DNA of 64,000 nt from Candidatus Bathyarchaeota archaeon (GCA_963807605.1 CAWECG010000001.1:320001-384000), one strand, 5' to 3'. Positions 41,995 through 52,189 are shown, counted from the stretch's first letter. Made by a program: numbers and translations. Notes: generated from the letters alone by a model not told the origin.

Positions 41995-42831
41995 TCAGAT
42001 TCCTTTTAGGGCCAGGACTTCTTTGGCAGGTTTTCTATCTTTGTTGCAGCTGATCAATCGCGGAGCATCCAAGAAACGCAGTTCATATCCCAAGTCCTCG
42101 TAGAGTTTGCATATTCTTGGGGTTGCCTGATTGGAGAGTACAACCGGGCCGGAATGCTCTGTCAACCAATTTGCCAGGCGCACCTGATCGTCCCAGGAGA
42201 ACCCTTCCTTAGAGTACTGGGTAAATATCACATCATAAGGCGGATCCGCATACACAAAATCATCTCGAGAAAGTGAGACCTTCTCGAAATCTCCGGTTGT
42301 AAACTCCCATTCTTGGAAAACCCGTTTGTACGGGGTAAAGTCGTGTGCGTAGTTGATCTTTTGGTATCGACCAAAGGGAACATTAAATTCCCCTGACCGG
42401 TTAAACCGGCAAAGCCCATTATAGCAGGTCCTATTAAGATAATAGAATAACTCAGCCGCTTCTTTGCTGCTGGCTTTTCCAGTCTTTACAAGTTGATTGA
42501 ATCGTCTTCGATGCTGATAGTAGAGTTTTCTATTGTTAGCCAGGGGTATGTCTGTTACAAGGCCCTTCTTGAGCCTTTGAAAGAAGTTTATGGCGTGATT
42601 GTTGATGTCATTAAGAAGAGCCTGAGCAGGCATTAGGCCTAGAACAACAGCAAGACCCCCACACAGCGGCTCAACAAGCCTACGGTCTCTGTAAGGCTCC
42701 CAGATTGGTCTCAGATAAGGAACAAGCCATCTCTTTCCACCAGCCCACTTCAACGGGGGTCTAAGCGATACACTCTCGTAATGGGAACGGTGTGAGGTCT
42801 GGCTCAAGCTTGACTCCATTACGATTGACAC
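41995..42831 (-). CDS. Dam/D12-class N6-adenine DNA methyltransferase (orphan copy)
   Basis: LKWAGGK, YNGLCRFN..GEFNVPFG, DPPY. Confidence 0.92.
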   Translation of the reverse strand: MSIVMESSLSQTSHRSHYESVSLRPPLKWAGGKRWLVPYLRPIWEPYRDRRLVEPLCGGLAVVLGLMPAQALLNDINNHAINFFQRLKKGLVTDIPLANNRKLYYQHRRRFNQLVKTGKASSKEAAELFYYLNRTCYNGLCRFNRSGEFNVPFGRYQKINYAHDFTPYKRVFQEWEFTTGDFEKVSLSRDDFVYADPPYDVIFTQYSKEGFSWDDQVRLANWLTEHSGPVVLSNQATPRICKLYEDLGYELRFLDAPRLISCNKDRKPAKEVLALKGI

Positions 42832-42931
42832 ATCAGCCAGAGATAAAGCACGCTGGCTTTAGCACCTCACCTTAGATTGCACAAGCAGAGAATCGAGTAC
42901 AATTCCAGGTGCTCTCACCAGTCAGAGCCAC

Positions 42932-43231
42932 AATGCCAAGTCTCCGCTGAACCTCTTCACTCTGCACACCCTCAGACCGTGCAAACCTGACAGCCTCACC
43001 CAAAGCACTCGTAATAGTGGAAAGATGATTCTTAGTACAGGGAATACAAGCCACATCCTTCAAGGTTGGGTAGGGATTCTTAACTACTGACACAGGCGCA
43101 ACCACCACTTTGGTATCTGTATACTCACTACGTATCTGTGAAAGCCGTTTTTCAAGCTCTTTTGAAGCAGACTCCAGCTGTCTCTCTAAAGACTCGGACA
43201 TTACGCCTTCACACAGTACCAAGGGTGCCAT
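42932..43231 (-). pseudogene. Hypothetical protein with CxxC, apparently truncated at a tRNA-like site (42895-42931)
   Basis: ACIPCTKNHL; last residues are encoded by the site. Confidence 0.45.
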
Positions 43232-43543
43232 GGCACTAATAGCGTCTTCTCAATGTTGCCCACGATGTTACTCACTATGGAAGATGAAAAGAGTAGAAGT
43301 TACAGCGACAGGCAGTAGAAAACATACGAATCCACTACACGAAAAGACACGAAAACGGTAGAAACCACTAGAAAACAGACGAATTTTACATTCAAAAAAA
43401 TTTTTTTTGGGAGGGAAACAAGTTCGTGTTTTTTCCTATCTTTTCGCCTCTTTTCTACTAAAAAAGGAAGTAAATTCGCATAAATTCGTGTTCTTAGCAA
43501 ACCTTATTCAAGTTCCTAGGACTCAATTTGAATAGCGGTTAAA

Positions 43544-43732
43544 TTGTCAGAAGACAAGAAGAAAACTGGAAAGATAAGCAAGCGCGAGAATATCATTCAA
43601 CTCTTAAAGACTAACAAACTGTCAAATGCACAAATAGCTGCCATGCTTGGTACTGACGAGAAATATGTTTCTCAGGAGCGCGCGCTTCGTACCAGTCTCC
43701 GAATACGGAGAATCGAGTTCAATTCCGGGTAG
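43544..43732 (+). pseudogene. Short HTH protein, cut at GCGCGCGC (43678)
   Basis: KRENIIQLL..LSNAQIAAMLGTDEKYVSQ. Confidence 0.55.
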
Positions 43733-43747
43733 TGGCGCTGCAAGCCT

Positions 43748-44392
43748 TTACTTGTCATAGACCGTGGGATCGGTAACATCTGCATCTTTGAAAGCCTTCT
43801 TGCGGTTCACGCATGATTCGCACATTCCACAGTGATTATTCTTGTTCAGATAGCAGCTCCATGTTAACTCGTAGGGGATGCCGAGTTTCATTCCCAGCTT
43901 GATTATTTGGAATTTCTTCATTTCGTGGAGGGGCGCGTCGATGACTATCTGGGTTTCTGTGCCTTTTCTCGCTGCTGTCTGAAAAGCCTGATAGAATTCC
44001 TCTCTGCAGTCTGGATAATAGGGGGCATCGGATGCTTGTGCTCCGTACAGGATCCTGCTGGCGCCTATTGAAATCGCATAGGCGACAGCTATCGATAGAA
44101 ATATTGCATTTCTGAATGGCACTATGACGACTGGCTTGAATATTGAAGGCATCGGAATTCGATCGTCCATAAGGGCTGTTGCTTCGCCGAAAACGTCTTT
44201 GAGGGAGGCGAGATCGATTATCTTCTGATTAATGCCTAATTTGTCAGCGATCATTTTTGCATGAAGGGTCTCTTTGGATGCGATTTGGCCATAGTTGAAT
44301 GTTATCGAATATACTTCATCCCCTTGTGATTTGGCTTGGTAGGCAACGGTTGCGCTGTCGGGTCCGCCGGAGAGAATAACTACGGTCTTCAT
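43748..44392 (-). CDS. queC: 7-cyano-7-deazaguanine synthase
   Basis: LSGGPDS, VPFRN, YPDC, WSCY...CGMCESC. Confidence 0.95.
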   Translation of the reverse strand: MKTVVILSGGPDSATVAYQAKSQGDEVYSITFNYGQIASKETLHAKMIADKLGINQKIIDLASLKDVFGEATALMDDRIPMPSIFKPVVIVPFRNAIFLSIAVAYAISIGASRILYGAQASDAPYYPDCREEFYQAFQTAARKGTETQIVIDAPLHEMKKFQIIKLGMKLGIPYELTWSCYLNKNNHCGMCESCVNRKKAFKDADVTDPTVYDK

Positions 44393-44396
44393 GGTA

Positions 44397-44897
44397 TCAT
44401 TCTTTCCTTAACGAATTCGGTATTCTGAGTCGTAGGAGGGTTCTGTAGACGAGGTATCCCAGGCCCGTTGTAGCTATTGTCAAACCAACAAAGACATAGA
44501 CGAAGGTGATGAGGTAGGGAAGGTGGAAGACAAGACTCAACAAGAATGCCACCCAGACCGAAACAAGCGTACTGTAGACCTGCAATCCAAGAAGAACACT
44601 CACATGCTTCAACCTGTACACTGCAAGAAGACCAAGTAGCGAAGGCAACACGCTCAACAGATCGATAGGTCCGAGAGGACTGGTCAGGTTGCCAATAAAA
44701 ACTCCAAGCGTCAGTCCGTAAACCGCAGGCAATCCGAACAGAGGAACCATTCCAATCAAAGCATTCGCTATACGAATCTGGATTTGTTGAAAACTTAATG
44801 GAGCAAAAACATTTACCAAAGTAACATAAAGTGCACAACAAACAACAACGAGTGCAATATCAAGAGTTCTGATCTTATCCAAACTGTTTCCTCCCAA
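44397..44897 (-). CDS. queT: QueT family transporter
   Basis: ALYV..APLSFQQIQIRIANAL..GVFIGNL.SPLGPID. Confidence 0.88.
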   Translation of the reverse strand: MGGNSLDKIRTLDIALVVVCCALYVTLVNVFAPLSFQQIQIRIANALIGMVPLFGLPAVYGLTLGVFIGNLTSPLGPIDLLSVLPSLLGLLAVYRLKHVSVLLGLQVYSTLVSVWVAFLLSLVFHLPYLITFVYVFVGLTIATTGLGYLVYRTLLRLRIPNSLRKE

Positions 44898-44945
44898 CCG
44901 GGGTTTCTAAAGCGGAACGGAGGGAGGCCTCCACCCGCTCTCCAC
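44898..44945 (-). promoter_or_regulatory. Candidate structured 5' leader of queT-queC
   Basis: Minus strand GAGCGG-GT-GGAGG-cctc-CCTCC-GTT-CCGCTT nested stem just before the start codon. Confidence 0.4.
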
Positions 44946-45193
44946 TCATTTAGGGACGACGAATGCTAATAAGACCTTGGAGGCTGCTTTGACCAAGTGC
45001 GCGCACCGTGATACTAGAGGTAAGTAGAAGCGCGCGCTTACGTATGACATTTTTCAAATCTATTGCAACCTAGAACGTATGTTGTTTGCTTCCGTTCTAT
45101 GATTCATCAGGGTGAAGCGAACTCGGCGCTACACTCCGCGGGGAATCTATATTTGGAAGTAGGACTAGGGCTACCGTAGTTCAACTCGGGCTT

Positions 45194-45548
45194 CTAGTCC
45201 TGTTTACTTCCGCATTTTCTGCAGAAATGTACGGTTACAGGTATGCGGGCTCCGCAGTTTAGACAGAATTTGGTTTCTTCCGCCGTAGTAACTGGTGCGG
45301 GAGACGGCCCACTCGCTTGTCCTTCTGCTGCTGTTCCACCTTTTCTCTTACCTTTCCTGCGTCGAACAAAAAAGACGACTCCAATAATTATGATTAGTCC
45401 AATAATCACGATAAAAGAGAATGCGGTTACTGAAAGACCCAATATGCTCATTGATGTCGATGCAGCCGTAGTCGTTATAGTCTCGTTCGAGGATTCTGAG
45501 GTTGTGATTTGTGAGGTTGTGGTTTGCGGGTTTGTTGGAACAGTTTGA
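45194..45548 (-). pseudogene. C-terminal fragment: Ser/Thr linker, TM helix, double zinc ribbon; begins at GCGCGC 45549
   Basis: FCLNCG..FCRKCG; frame open with no start codon up to the junction. Confidence 0.6.
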
Positions 45549-45754
45549 GCGCGCCCGGGCGTTACAAGGTTGCGAATAATTTACCGGACAACATTAGACT
45601 TAGGCACCTCAGGGTCACACTAGCCACTCAATAAAGTGAAGGCTCCAGAACAACGGATACAAAGCAAAATATGAGTTCTCCTAAACATATGTGATCAATC
45701 AAGGAGCTCCAGTGGTGGTCCGAACCGATGGAGTAAAGAAGAGATTATGTCAGC

Positions 45755-46621
45755 ATGAAACATGTGGTTAAATTCCAAGTCTTAACTGAAAGGCAGGAGT
45801 CGAGATTGCGTCAAACCTTAGGTATAACTCGTTTCGACACTACTGTTTCACTTAGACCCCCGCTTAAATGGGCTGGTGGTAAGAGATGGCTTGTTCCTCA
45901 CCTCAGGCCAATTTGGGAACCTCATAGAAATCGTCGGCTCGTTGAACCTCTGTGCGGCGGGCTTGCTGTTACCTTGGGCTTGATGCCTACTAGCGCTCTT
46001 CTTAATGACATCAACAATCACGCCATAAACTTCTTTCAAAGGCTCAAGAAGGGACTTGTGATAACCGTTCCCATGGAGAATAATCAAAAACTCTACTATC
46101 AGCATCGAAAACGATTTAATGAGCTTATCAAGACTGGCAGAGCTAACAGTCAAGAATCTGCCGAGTTATTTTATTATCTTAATAGAACTTGTTACAATGG
46201 ACTATGTCGTTTCAACCGGTCTGGAGAATTTAACGTACCTTTTGGACGGTACAAGAAAATCAATTACGTACGCGATTTCACCCCCTATAAACAAGTTTTC
46301 AAGGAATGGCTGTTCACAACAGGAGATTTCGAGGATGTCTCTTTAGATCCGAATGATTTTGTGTACGCAGACCCACCTTACGATGTGGAATTCACCCAAT
46401 ACTCCAAAGAAGGATTCTCATGGGAGGACCAAGTGCGTCTGGCTAAGTGGCTCACAAAACATTCTGGCCCAGTTGTACTTTCCAATCAAGCCACTCAGAG
46501 GATATGTGGACTGTATGGTGAGTTGGGGTACAGCTTGCGTTTCTTGAACGCGCCTCGAATGATTAGTTGTAAGGGAGATAGAACTCCCGCTAGGGAAGTC
46601 TTGGCTCTGAGAGGTATTTGA
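45755..46621 (+). CDS. Dam/D12-class N6-adenine DNA methyltransferase
   Basis: Same motifs; roughly 80% identical to 41995..42831. Confidence 0.92.
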   Translation: MKHVVKFQVLTERQESRLRQTLGITRFDTTVSLRPPLKWAGGKRWLVPHLRPIWEPHRNRRLVEPLCGGLAVTLGLMPTSALLNDINNHAINFFQRLKKGLVITVPMENNQKLYYQHRKRFNELIKTGRANSQESAELFYYLNRTCYNGLCRFNRSGEFNVPFGRYKKINYVRDFTPYKQVFKEWLFTTGDFEDVSLDPNDFVYADPPYDVEFTQYSKEGFSWEDQVRLAKWLTKHSGPVVLSNQATQRICGLYGELGYSLRFLNAPRMISCKGDRTPAREVLALRGI

Positions 46622-46794
46622 AATATGTCTCCTCGTGACCCAGGGACTGAGAGTGTGTTAGAAAAAAGATGCTTTCAGGTGAAGGCCCCTAGAGTCATAA
46701 GTTGCGTGGGTACTGGATGTGGCATGATTTCGGAGTTTGTTATTGGTAACTATTTGACACCAAAAGCCAAGCACAATCCATTGGTTGACATTGG

Positions 46795-48081
46795 TTGATG
46801 AAGATGCCTCGAAAGGTCGAGAAGTGGGCAGACATAGTCCGACAGCTTGGGCTAGACATATCAAAACCAGTCAATCCCGTGACTGCGAAACAAATCAAGG
46901 AAATCACTCACGAAGAACCTAGGCTCATGGCTAAGATGGATACTATAGAAAGCCTTCCATCGATTTTCAGAGAGAATGGGCTTTTCTTACTACCCGCAAG
47001 CAGAACCGAGTATTTAATTGTGAAAGGCAAAGGCTACCACAAGTTAGAAGATTTGCCCACCAATGTCTTGGTACATGAGACTCGTTATCTCTTTCCGTCA
47101 TCTGCATTAGGTGTTCAAAGCGAGGGAATTTACCTTGATTATGCGTACTCTTCTGGGTTGATAGGAAAGATCAGCGGTGGCGGCAACCTGATACTCGCGT
47201 TCCGCGGGAGAAGAACGACTCCAAGATTCAGTTTCAATGTAAGCGAACAGGTCATTAGGGTCGATGGGGCGCAAATCGAGGTAGATGGCGCATATGAGAG
47301 TTCTGAAGAAGTTGTGCTGGTGGAATCCAAACTCGGTATCCCCAGCTCGTTCAATATCCGACAGCTTTACTATCCCTACAGGACGTTTAACGATAGAAAA
47401 CATCCAAGGAACTTTTTCTTCTGTTTCGAGCAGATCCGAAATGAGTACTTGTTTTGGGAGTATGATTTTAGACCACATACGAGTTTCGAGTCTATCGAAC
47501 TTTTGCGCGCGTTAAGATGTCAAGTGAAAGTAACAAATCCCGTTACTGCGGATGATTACAGGGATGTAATGCCTGCCAGAAAAATCATCCCGCCTCAGGC
47601 CGACTCCGTCGATAAGATAATTGAGCTTCCATTCAGAATTTCCGAAGGATACGACACATCTGAGAAGATGACAAGAGCCTTTGGATTTGTTCAACGACAG
47701 AGTTCGTATTACCGACAAGCCGCTGAATTGTTGGGACTGGTGGAGTCAAAAGATGACAGGTACGCGCTCACTGACTCGGGAGAGCGCTATATCAAGTTGC
47801 TGCCAGAAGAAAGGAACAACTACATCTGCCGCCTGCTACTCAAGTTTCCCATTATGAATGATATATTCCTCCAATTATCTATCAAACGGGGCAGCCATGT
47901 CACCAAGCAGAAAATTATAGAGATCATTAGGGAACGTTCACAGTTGACGGGCACGACCCTCACAAGACGTGCCCAGACGATTATCTCGTGGTTTAAGTGG
48001 ATAAGAAACAATTTAGGAATCGTTGAAGTCGACAGAAAAGGCAATGTTTGGATCTCGAAGCAATTACCACAGTCTCAATGA
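46795..48081 (+). CDS. Probable type II restriction endonuclease partner of the methylase
   Basis: EPRLMAKMD, QIEVDGAYE...VESK, FNIRQLYYPYR, C-terminal winged helix (RQSSYYRQAA). Confidence 0.75.
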   Translation: MMKMPRKVEKWADIVRQLGLDISKPVNPVTAKQIKEITHEEPRLMAKMDTIESLPSIFRENGLFLLPASRTEYLIVKGKGYHKLEDLPTNVLVHETRYLFPSSALGVQSEGIYLDYAYSSGLIGKISGGGNLILAFRGRRTTPRFSFNVSEQVIRVDGAQIEVDGAYESSEEVVLVESKLGIPSSFNIRQLYYPYRTFNDRKHPRNFFFCFEQIRNEYLFWEYDFRPHTSFESIELLRALRCQVKVTNPVTADDYRDVMPARKIIPPQADSVDKIIELPFRISEGYDTSEKMTRAFGFVQRQSSYYRQAAELLGLVESKDDRYALTDSGERYIKLLPEERNNYICRLLLKFPIMNDIFLQLSIKRGSHVTKQKIIEIIRERSQLTGTTLTRRAQTIISWFKWIRNNLGIVEVDRKGNVWISKQLPQSQ

Positions 48082-48290
48082 AATAACGCCCTTATGGTAT
48101 AGGAAGTCTCAGACTCGGGCAGTCCATCGTGTCAGCTCTGAGGAAGTGGTTGAATGAAATCCCTCCACATCGCATTCGCGGTCTCTAGCGGCTGTATGTG
48201 CTCACCATGTATCGCACACATAATAGATATGGCTCGCTGTCACTCATCTCACCCGAAATGATCCATTAGAAACCTACTTGGGGTCGCGGT

Positions 48291-48821
48291 ATGACGAATC
48301 TTGACGACGGCAGAAGATCCACTGAGTTAGAGATCAAGTTTCAATCGGACAAGTGGTCAAAGAGATGGACAAAAATTGGACGCGTTATTTTCGGGTACAT
48401 GCCCGATCGGTCATTTGAGTATTGGTCTGAAGCCACCTTTTGCTACGTTCACGGTCTCTTTAATGGGTGCATAATACTTTCAGGTATGGCCATCGAAACA
48501 GCCCTTAAGCAGGTTCTTGAAAAAAAAGGGAAGAAATTGAGACACTTCTCCCGCATGGAAATACTGGCCAAACAGATGAATTTAGTGAGTAGAGAATCTC
48601 TGGAGAGAATCAGTTGGATTAGAGAATGCAGAAATATGTATGTTCACTCTGACATTGGGCAAATTATCAAGAATATTGAGGGGCTTGTTGAAATTCCCAA
48701 GAGAGCTTTGGAGACACCTGAACAAAGTTGGGCGATTGCATCTCTGGAAGCAGAGGATACCGCATACAGAGCGCTATCAAAGGCAAAGGAAGTTCTTCTG
48801 GAAATGTTTCCTCCGAAGTAG
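48291..48821 (+). CDS. HEPN/DUF4145-like protein
   Basis: EA..C...G...AIE..L and RNMYVH (Rx4H). Confidence 0.65.
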   Translation: MTNLDDGRRSTELEIKFQSDKWSKRWTKIGRVIFGYMPDRSFEYWSEATFCYVHGLFNGCIILSGMAIETALKQVLEKKGKKLRHFSRMEILAKQMNLVSRESLERISWIRECRNMYVHSDIGQIIKNIEGLVEIPKRALETPEQSWAIASLEAEDTAYRALSKAKEVLLEMFPPK

Positions 48822-48893
48822 GTTCTTAAGATCACTCTCTATTACATGGGTTTCCTCGTCGCTCACCAGCTATGGCTCACATCAACTAGCGAA

Positions 48894-50093
48894 CTAAACG
48901 ATCTTTGAAATATGGCTCATGCTCCACACATCTCCTTGCGGAAACCGAGAATCCAGAAACCTTCTGATATTCGGATCTGCCTCGTCCTTGTCGATCCGTG
49001 CGTAGAAGGATTGAAGGGTTATGCCTTTGTCTTCGAACGCTTTCCAAGCATAAGTAAAGTACAACATGCTTTGGAAGGTGCTTGAGTTGACGTGTTCTTT
49101 TAGAGGGGGCAATGCTTTGTCTTTGTCTGCTAAGAACTTAGTGCAAGCCTCGTGACCCTCGTGAAAAAGCAGATTGGAAACATCTATCGCTAGGATGTTG
49201 CTTGCAGTTTTGTACTTGAAATCTGTCTTCTCGTCTATTGCGCGGATTACCTTGTACACAACTTGGCTTGGCTCGGTAGTGTTTTGTAGGCTCAAATGTG
49301 CGCTTGTGCATTCAATCTCAGTGCTTTGTAAGTCGGTGAGAATAAAATCCGGAGTCTCTGCTTTGCGAAATGCAGTGTTACTAGAGATTAGCGAGGCGGC
49401 AATCCTAATCTCTAGACGAAGCCCGTAATAGTTGTCAACGGAAGTGCGCCGCAATTCTTTCTTGAAATGTTTGAACAAATCGATTTTCCTTTTCCGGACG
49501 ACTTCGAGATCTTCGATCGCGAATTTTACGTAAGCGGCTTCAGCGGAACCGAGTAGCCTATTGCTACTGTAATTCTGCTCAGCAGAAATCAGGTGACTGA
49601 CTAGTGGATGGGCAGTATCTTTCAGTGTTAGCCCTGTTTGCGTCTTAAGCTGATCGAGTAATTTTTGGAGATTTCTCTTGAACGCTGCCTCGCTTTCGGC
49701 TGTTGCAGTTCGTAAGGGGCTGTTCACGTCGGTTCCTGTTGCCGTTTGCGATCTGGTCGGGTTTTCCGCGTCAACTACACCTAGCCCAATTGTCTCTGGA
49801 GACCATATCAAAGTGATCCTCAGCGCAGCACTTCCAACAAAGTGACTTAATTCTATTGTAGCCACACGTGTTCCGTACTTGGAGGAAGAATGGATGAGGT
49901 GTAGACGCGATTTCGAGTCTCGGACTAGCTTTAAGAGGACACTATCTGAGATTGCTTGGACCAACACACCGGAAGGAATACTGGTGTCGAATAGTTCTGG
50001 AGATCTGTATCGAAACTCAATTGTCCCTTCAGGAAGACGCAGAGCTTCCTTCGCTTGTTCAATTTGATCTTTATTGAGATCAGGAAGAAACAT
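48894..50093 (-). CDS. Hypothetical protein with C-terminal PD-(D/E)xK-like domain
   Basis: LEIRIAASL...TPDF...EIECTS. Confidence 0.55.
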   Translation of the reverse strand: MFLPDLNKDQIEQAKEALRLPEGTIEFRYRSPELFDTSIPSGVLVQAISDSVLLKLVRDSKSRLHLIHSSSKYGTRVATIELSHFVGSAALRITLIWSPETIGLGVVDAENPTRSQTATGTDVNSPLRTATAESEAAFKRNLQKLLDQLKTQTGLTLKDTAHPLVSHLISAEQNYSSNRLLGSAEAAYVKFAIEDLEVVRKRKIDLFKHFKKELRRTSVDNYYGLRLEIRIAASLISSNTAFRKAETPDFILTDLQSTEIECTSAHLSLQNTTEPSQVVYKVIRAIDEKTDFKYKTASNILAIDVSNLLFHEGHEACTKFLADKDKALPPLKEHVNSSTFQSMLYFTYAWKAFEDKGITLQSFYARIDKDEADPNIRRFLDSRFPQGDVWSMSHISKIV

Positions 50094-50227
50094 AGACCTT
50101 CCCGCGAGGCGCCACCTTTCTCATCTAACAACCGTGTCTCATTCATTTTGTGGTGGAGGTGCTCACCAAGGGACACATAGCGAAGAACCTAAGGGAATCC
50201 GGCAATGCCGTCATAACATCCAGCCTA

Positions 50228-51151
50228 CTAGTCAAGTAACCTAGTCAGTTTCTGAAGGCTGAACTTCAGATTTAGGTCCTCCAAGGATTTCTTTCTTTCT
50301 CTAAGGTTTTCTTTTGGCTGAACTTTCTCAATCCAGTCAGCCAAAATGTTCAATTCGACAACTATTCCTATGTCAATTATATTATGTAGAATTCTCAGTA
50401 GCTCATCAAGTTCCGCATAAATGATGTTAGTCTTGAAGAGATTATTTTCCTGTAGAAGCCTTCTACCGATATCAGTCCTATCAGGAATTACATGAACGTC
50501 CTTAGATAGTTTGTTGTACAAACCTGCATACACGACCTGGTATGCTTCGGGGATGTCTATAATCTTCCAGTCTATCAATTGCTTAATGAGCACAGAGAAT
50601 GCTGGCATCCGTATGTATTCTCTCTGAAAATCTGCGTCTTCAAAAAGCACCGATGTTTTGTCAAAGATTGATGCGGATGTCTCTTCTAGATCTTTCACTA
50701 TTGATGGATCTCTTGCTATCAGATCTTCTATCCAATTCTTTACCGATTTACGGTTATGCTTGTCTGAGTCTTGCTCAATTATGCCAGCATTGTCTCTAAA
50801 CCTCTTGTGTGCCAAGCACTCCCAGAAAGCCCCTCTTACCAATAGCTCCAGCGTATTCCTGGAGAGACTATATGCGGAATTGTAGAAACCAGCGAGTCCT
50901 TCCAGAAGTGCTCTATGAGCCGAGTTAAAAGTTTCCCAATGATAAAGGAGAAAGGCAGACTTTTGCTTCCAAGATGCCTCTTTTGGGTATGAAAGCGAAG
51001 CCAAAAGCATAAACTCATGGATAGAGTCATGAGTTTTGACTGTTTCTGGATACGCTATTTTCAGGGATTCTAGTATGTTTAATATTTCAAGCTCTTTGAG
51101 AGTGTAATAGAATGTGTTGCTTATCTCTTCTCCACGTTCCGAACCCGTCAA
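50228..51151 (-). CDS. Hypothetical helical protein, HEPN-like
   Basis: GFYNSAYSLSRNTLE and YNKLSKDVH. Confidence 0.55.
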   Translation of the reverse strand: MTGSERGEEISNTFYYTLKELEILNILESLKIAYPETVKTHDSIHEFMLLASLSYPKEASWKQKSAFLLYHWETFNSAHRALLEGLAGFYNSAYSLSRNTLELLVRGAFWECLAHKRFRDNAGIIEQDSDKHNRKSVKNWIEDLIARDPSIVKDLEETSASIFDKTSVLFEDADFQREYIRMPAFSVLIKQLIDWKIIDIPEAYQVVYAGLYNKLSKDVHVIPDRTDIGRRLLQENNLFKTNIIYAELDELLRILHNIIDIGIVVELNILADWIEKVQPKENLRERKKSLEDLNLKFSLQKLTRLLD

Positions 51152-51379
51152 TGATAGTCATTATTCTCTAGATGCTAATCACATATATCGGCTTTTGCAG
51201 TTCTACGCACGCGTAGTAAGAGTAGCCAGAGTTTATCAACAGTTGTACGGGTTAAGAGAACAAGTTAGCTTATACGAACTCTTCTCCGGTATCCTTGCCT
51301 TAATCATCCTGGGTCTGTTTCCGTTAGTAAAGTAATTATACAACTCATGGTTCTGCTATGCGAAAACTGTTAACATCCT

Positions 51380-51872
51380 CCATATTTTGTATGTTGCAGT
51401 TTATTGTTTGTTACTTTCTATGCTGCTTACTGCCAGTTTTGTATTAGTTTTAATTGTTTTTTAGGTCAAGTTATGTCTTTCTTTATGTCTTTGTTTGTTT
51501 TGTTCTAAGTTGGTTTGTATTGTTTAGGTTCAAGTTTCCCAGCATGTTTGGTATTGTGGATTTTCCGGTTTTTCCATGTGTTGATTTAGGTTTGAAATAA
51601 GGCATTGTCTATTCCTGTATTGTATGGTAAACCAAAAACCCCGCAAACCATACATAACATAAACCACAGAAACCAGGAACCGGTAAACTTCCAACTATCA
51701 CTGCTATACCATGCTGCTGCTGGTATGTTCTGCGAGCGTAGCGAGCAGTTATTTTGGTGGTGGTGGTGGTGTGTCCCTTGGTGAGAGCATCGTGATTTGA
51801 ACCGTTAGAGCAGACTATTTTTTTGTGTGTGTGTGCCATAGCTGGTGAGCACCACCACCACCACCACCACCA
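51380..51872 (+). repeat. Non-coding skewed element copy B plus composite sites, (GGT)5 and (CAC)7 tracts
   Basis: Homology to 37515-37920 and 38353-38429. Confidence 0.8.
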
Positions 51873-51929
51873 AGGAAAGGCGCGGAACACTAAGACAAAA
51901 CCCCTCACATCCCGCCTCTAATGGGGAAG

Positions 51930-52175
51930 CCTTCGTGCTTTCAGATCTTTTGCATACTGGAATCTTACTGTATCCGCTGTTCAAGATTGTGTTGAGGATA
52001 CGCGTATGGGCTCAGCGACTGGGATTACGCAAGGCATAGCAACTATGAGTGGAGCAGCAGCACCTACTGTTTCAGGTTTCATGATAACAAATTACGGCTT
52101 TAATTTGGCGTTAATCTTGTCGATAGCTTTGCCTGAGCTGATTTACGTTGCTCTAGCTTGGAAAGCTACACAATG
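51930..52175 (+). pseudogene. MFS transporter C-terminal fragment
   Basis: RMGSATGITQGIATMSGAAAPTVSGFMITNYG. Confidence 0.6.
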
Positions 52176-52189
52176 AGTGCGTGTGCGCA

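Noticed and set aside
43748-44897. 7-deazaguanine DNA modification (dpd) system
   Set aside because: No dpdA/tgt-like, queD, queE or folE gene in the window; queC-queT is explained by archaeosine precursor supply
51609-52039. ORFs with poly-Trp/poly-Thr (also the VCVCVC ORF at 53066)
   Set aside because: Translations of microsatellite tracts in non-coding sites
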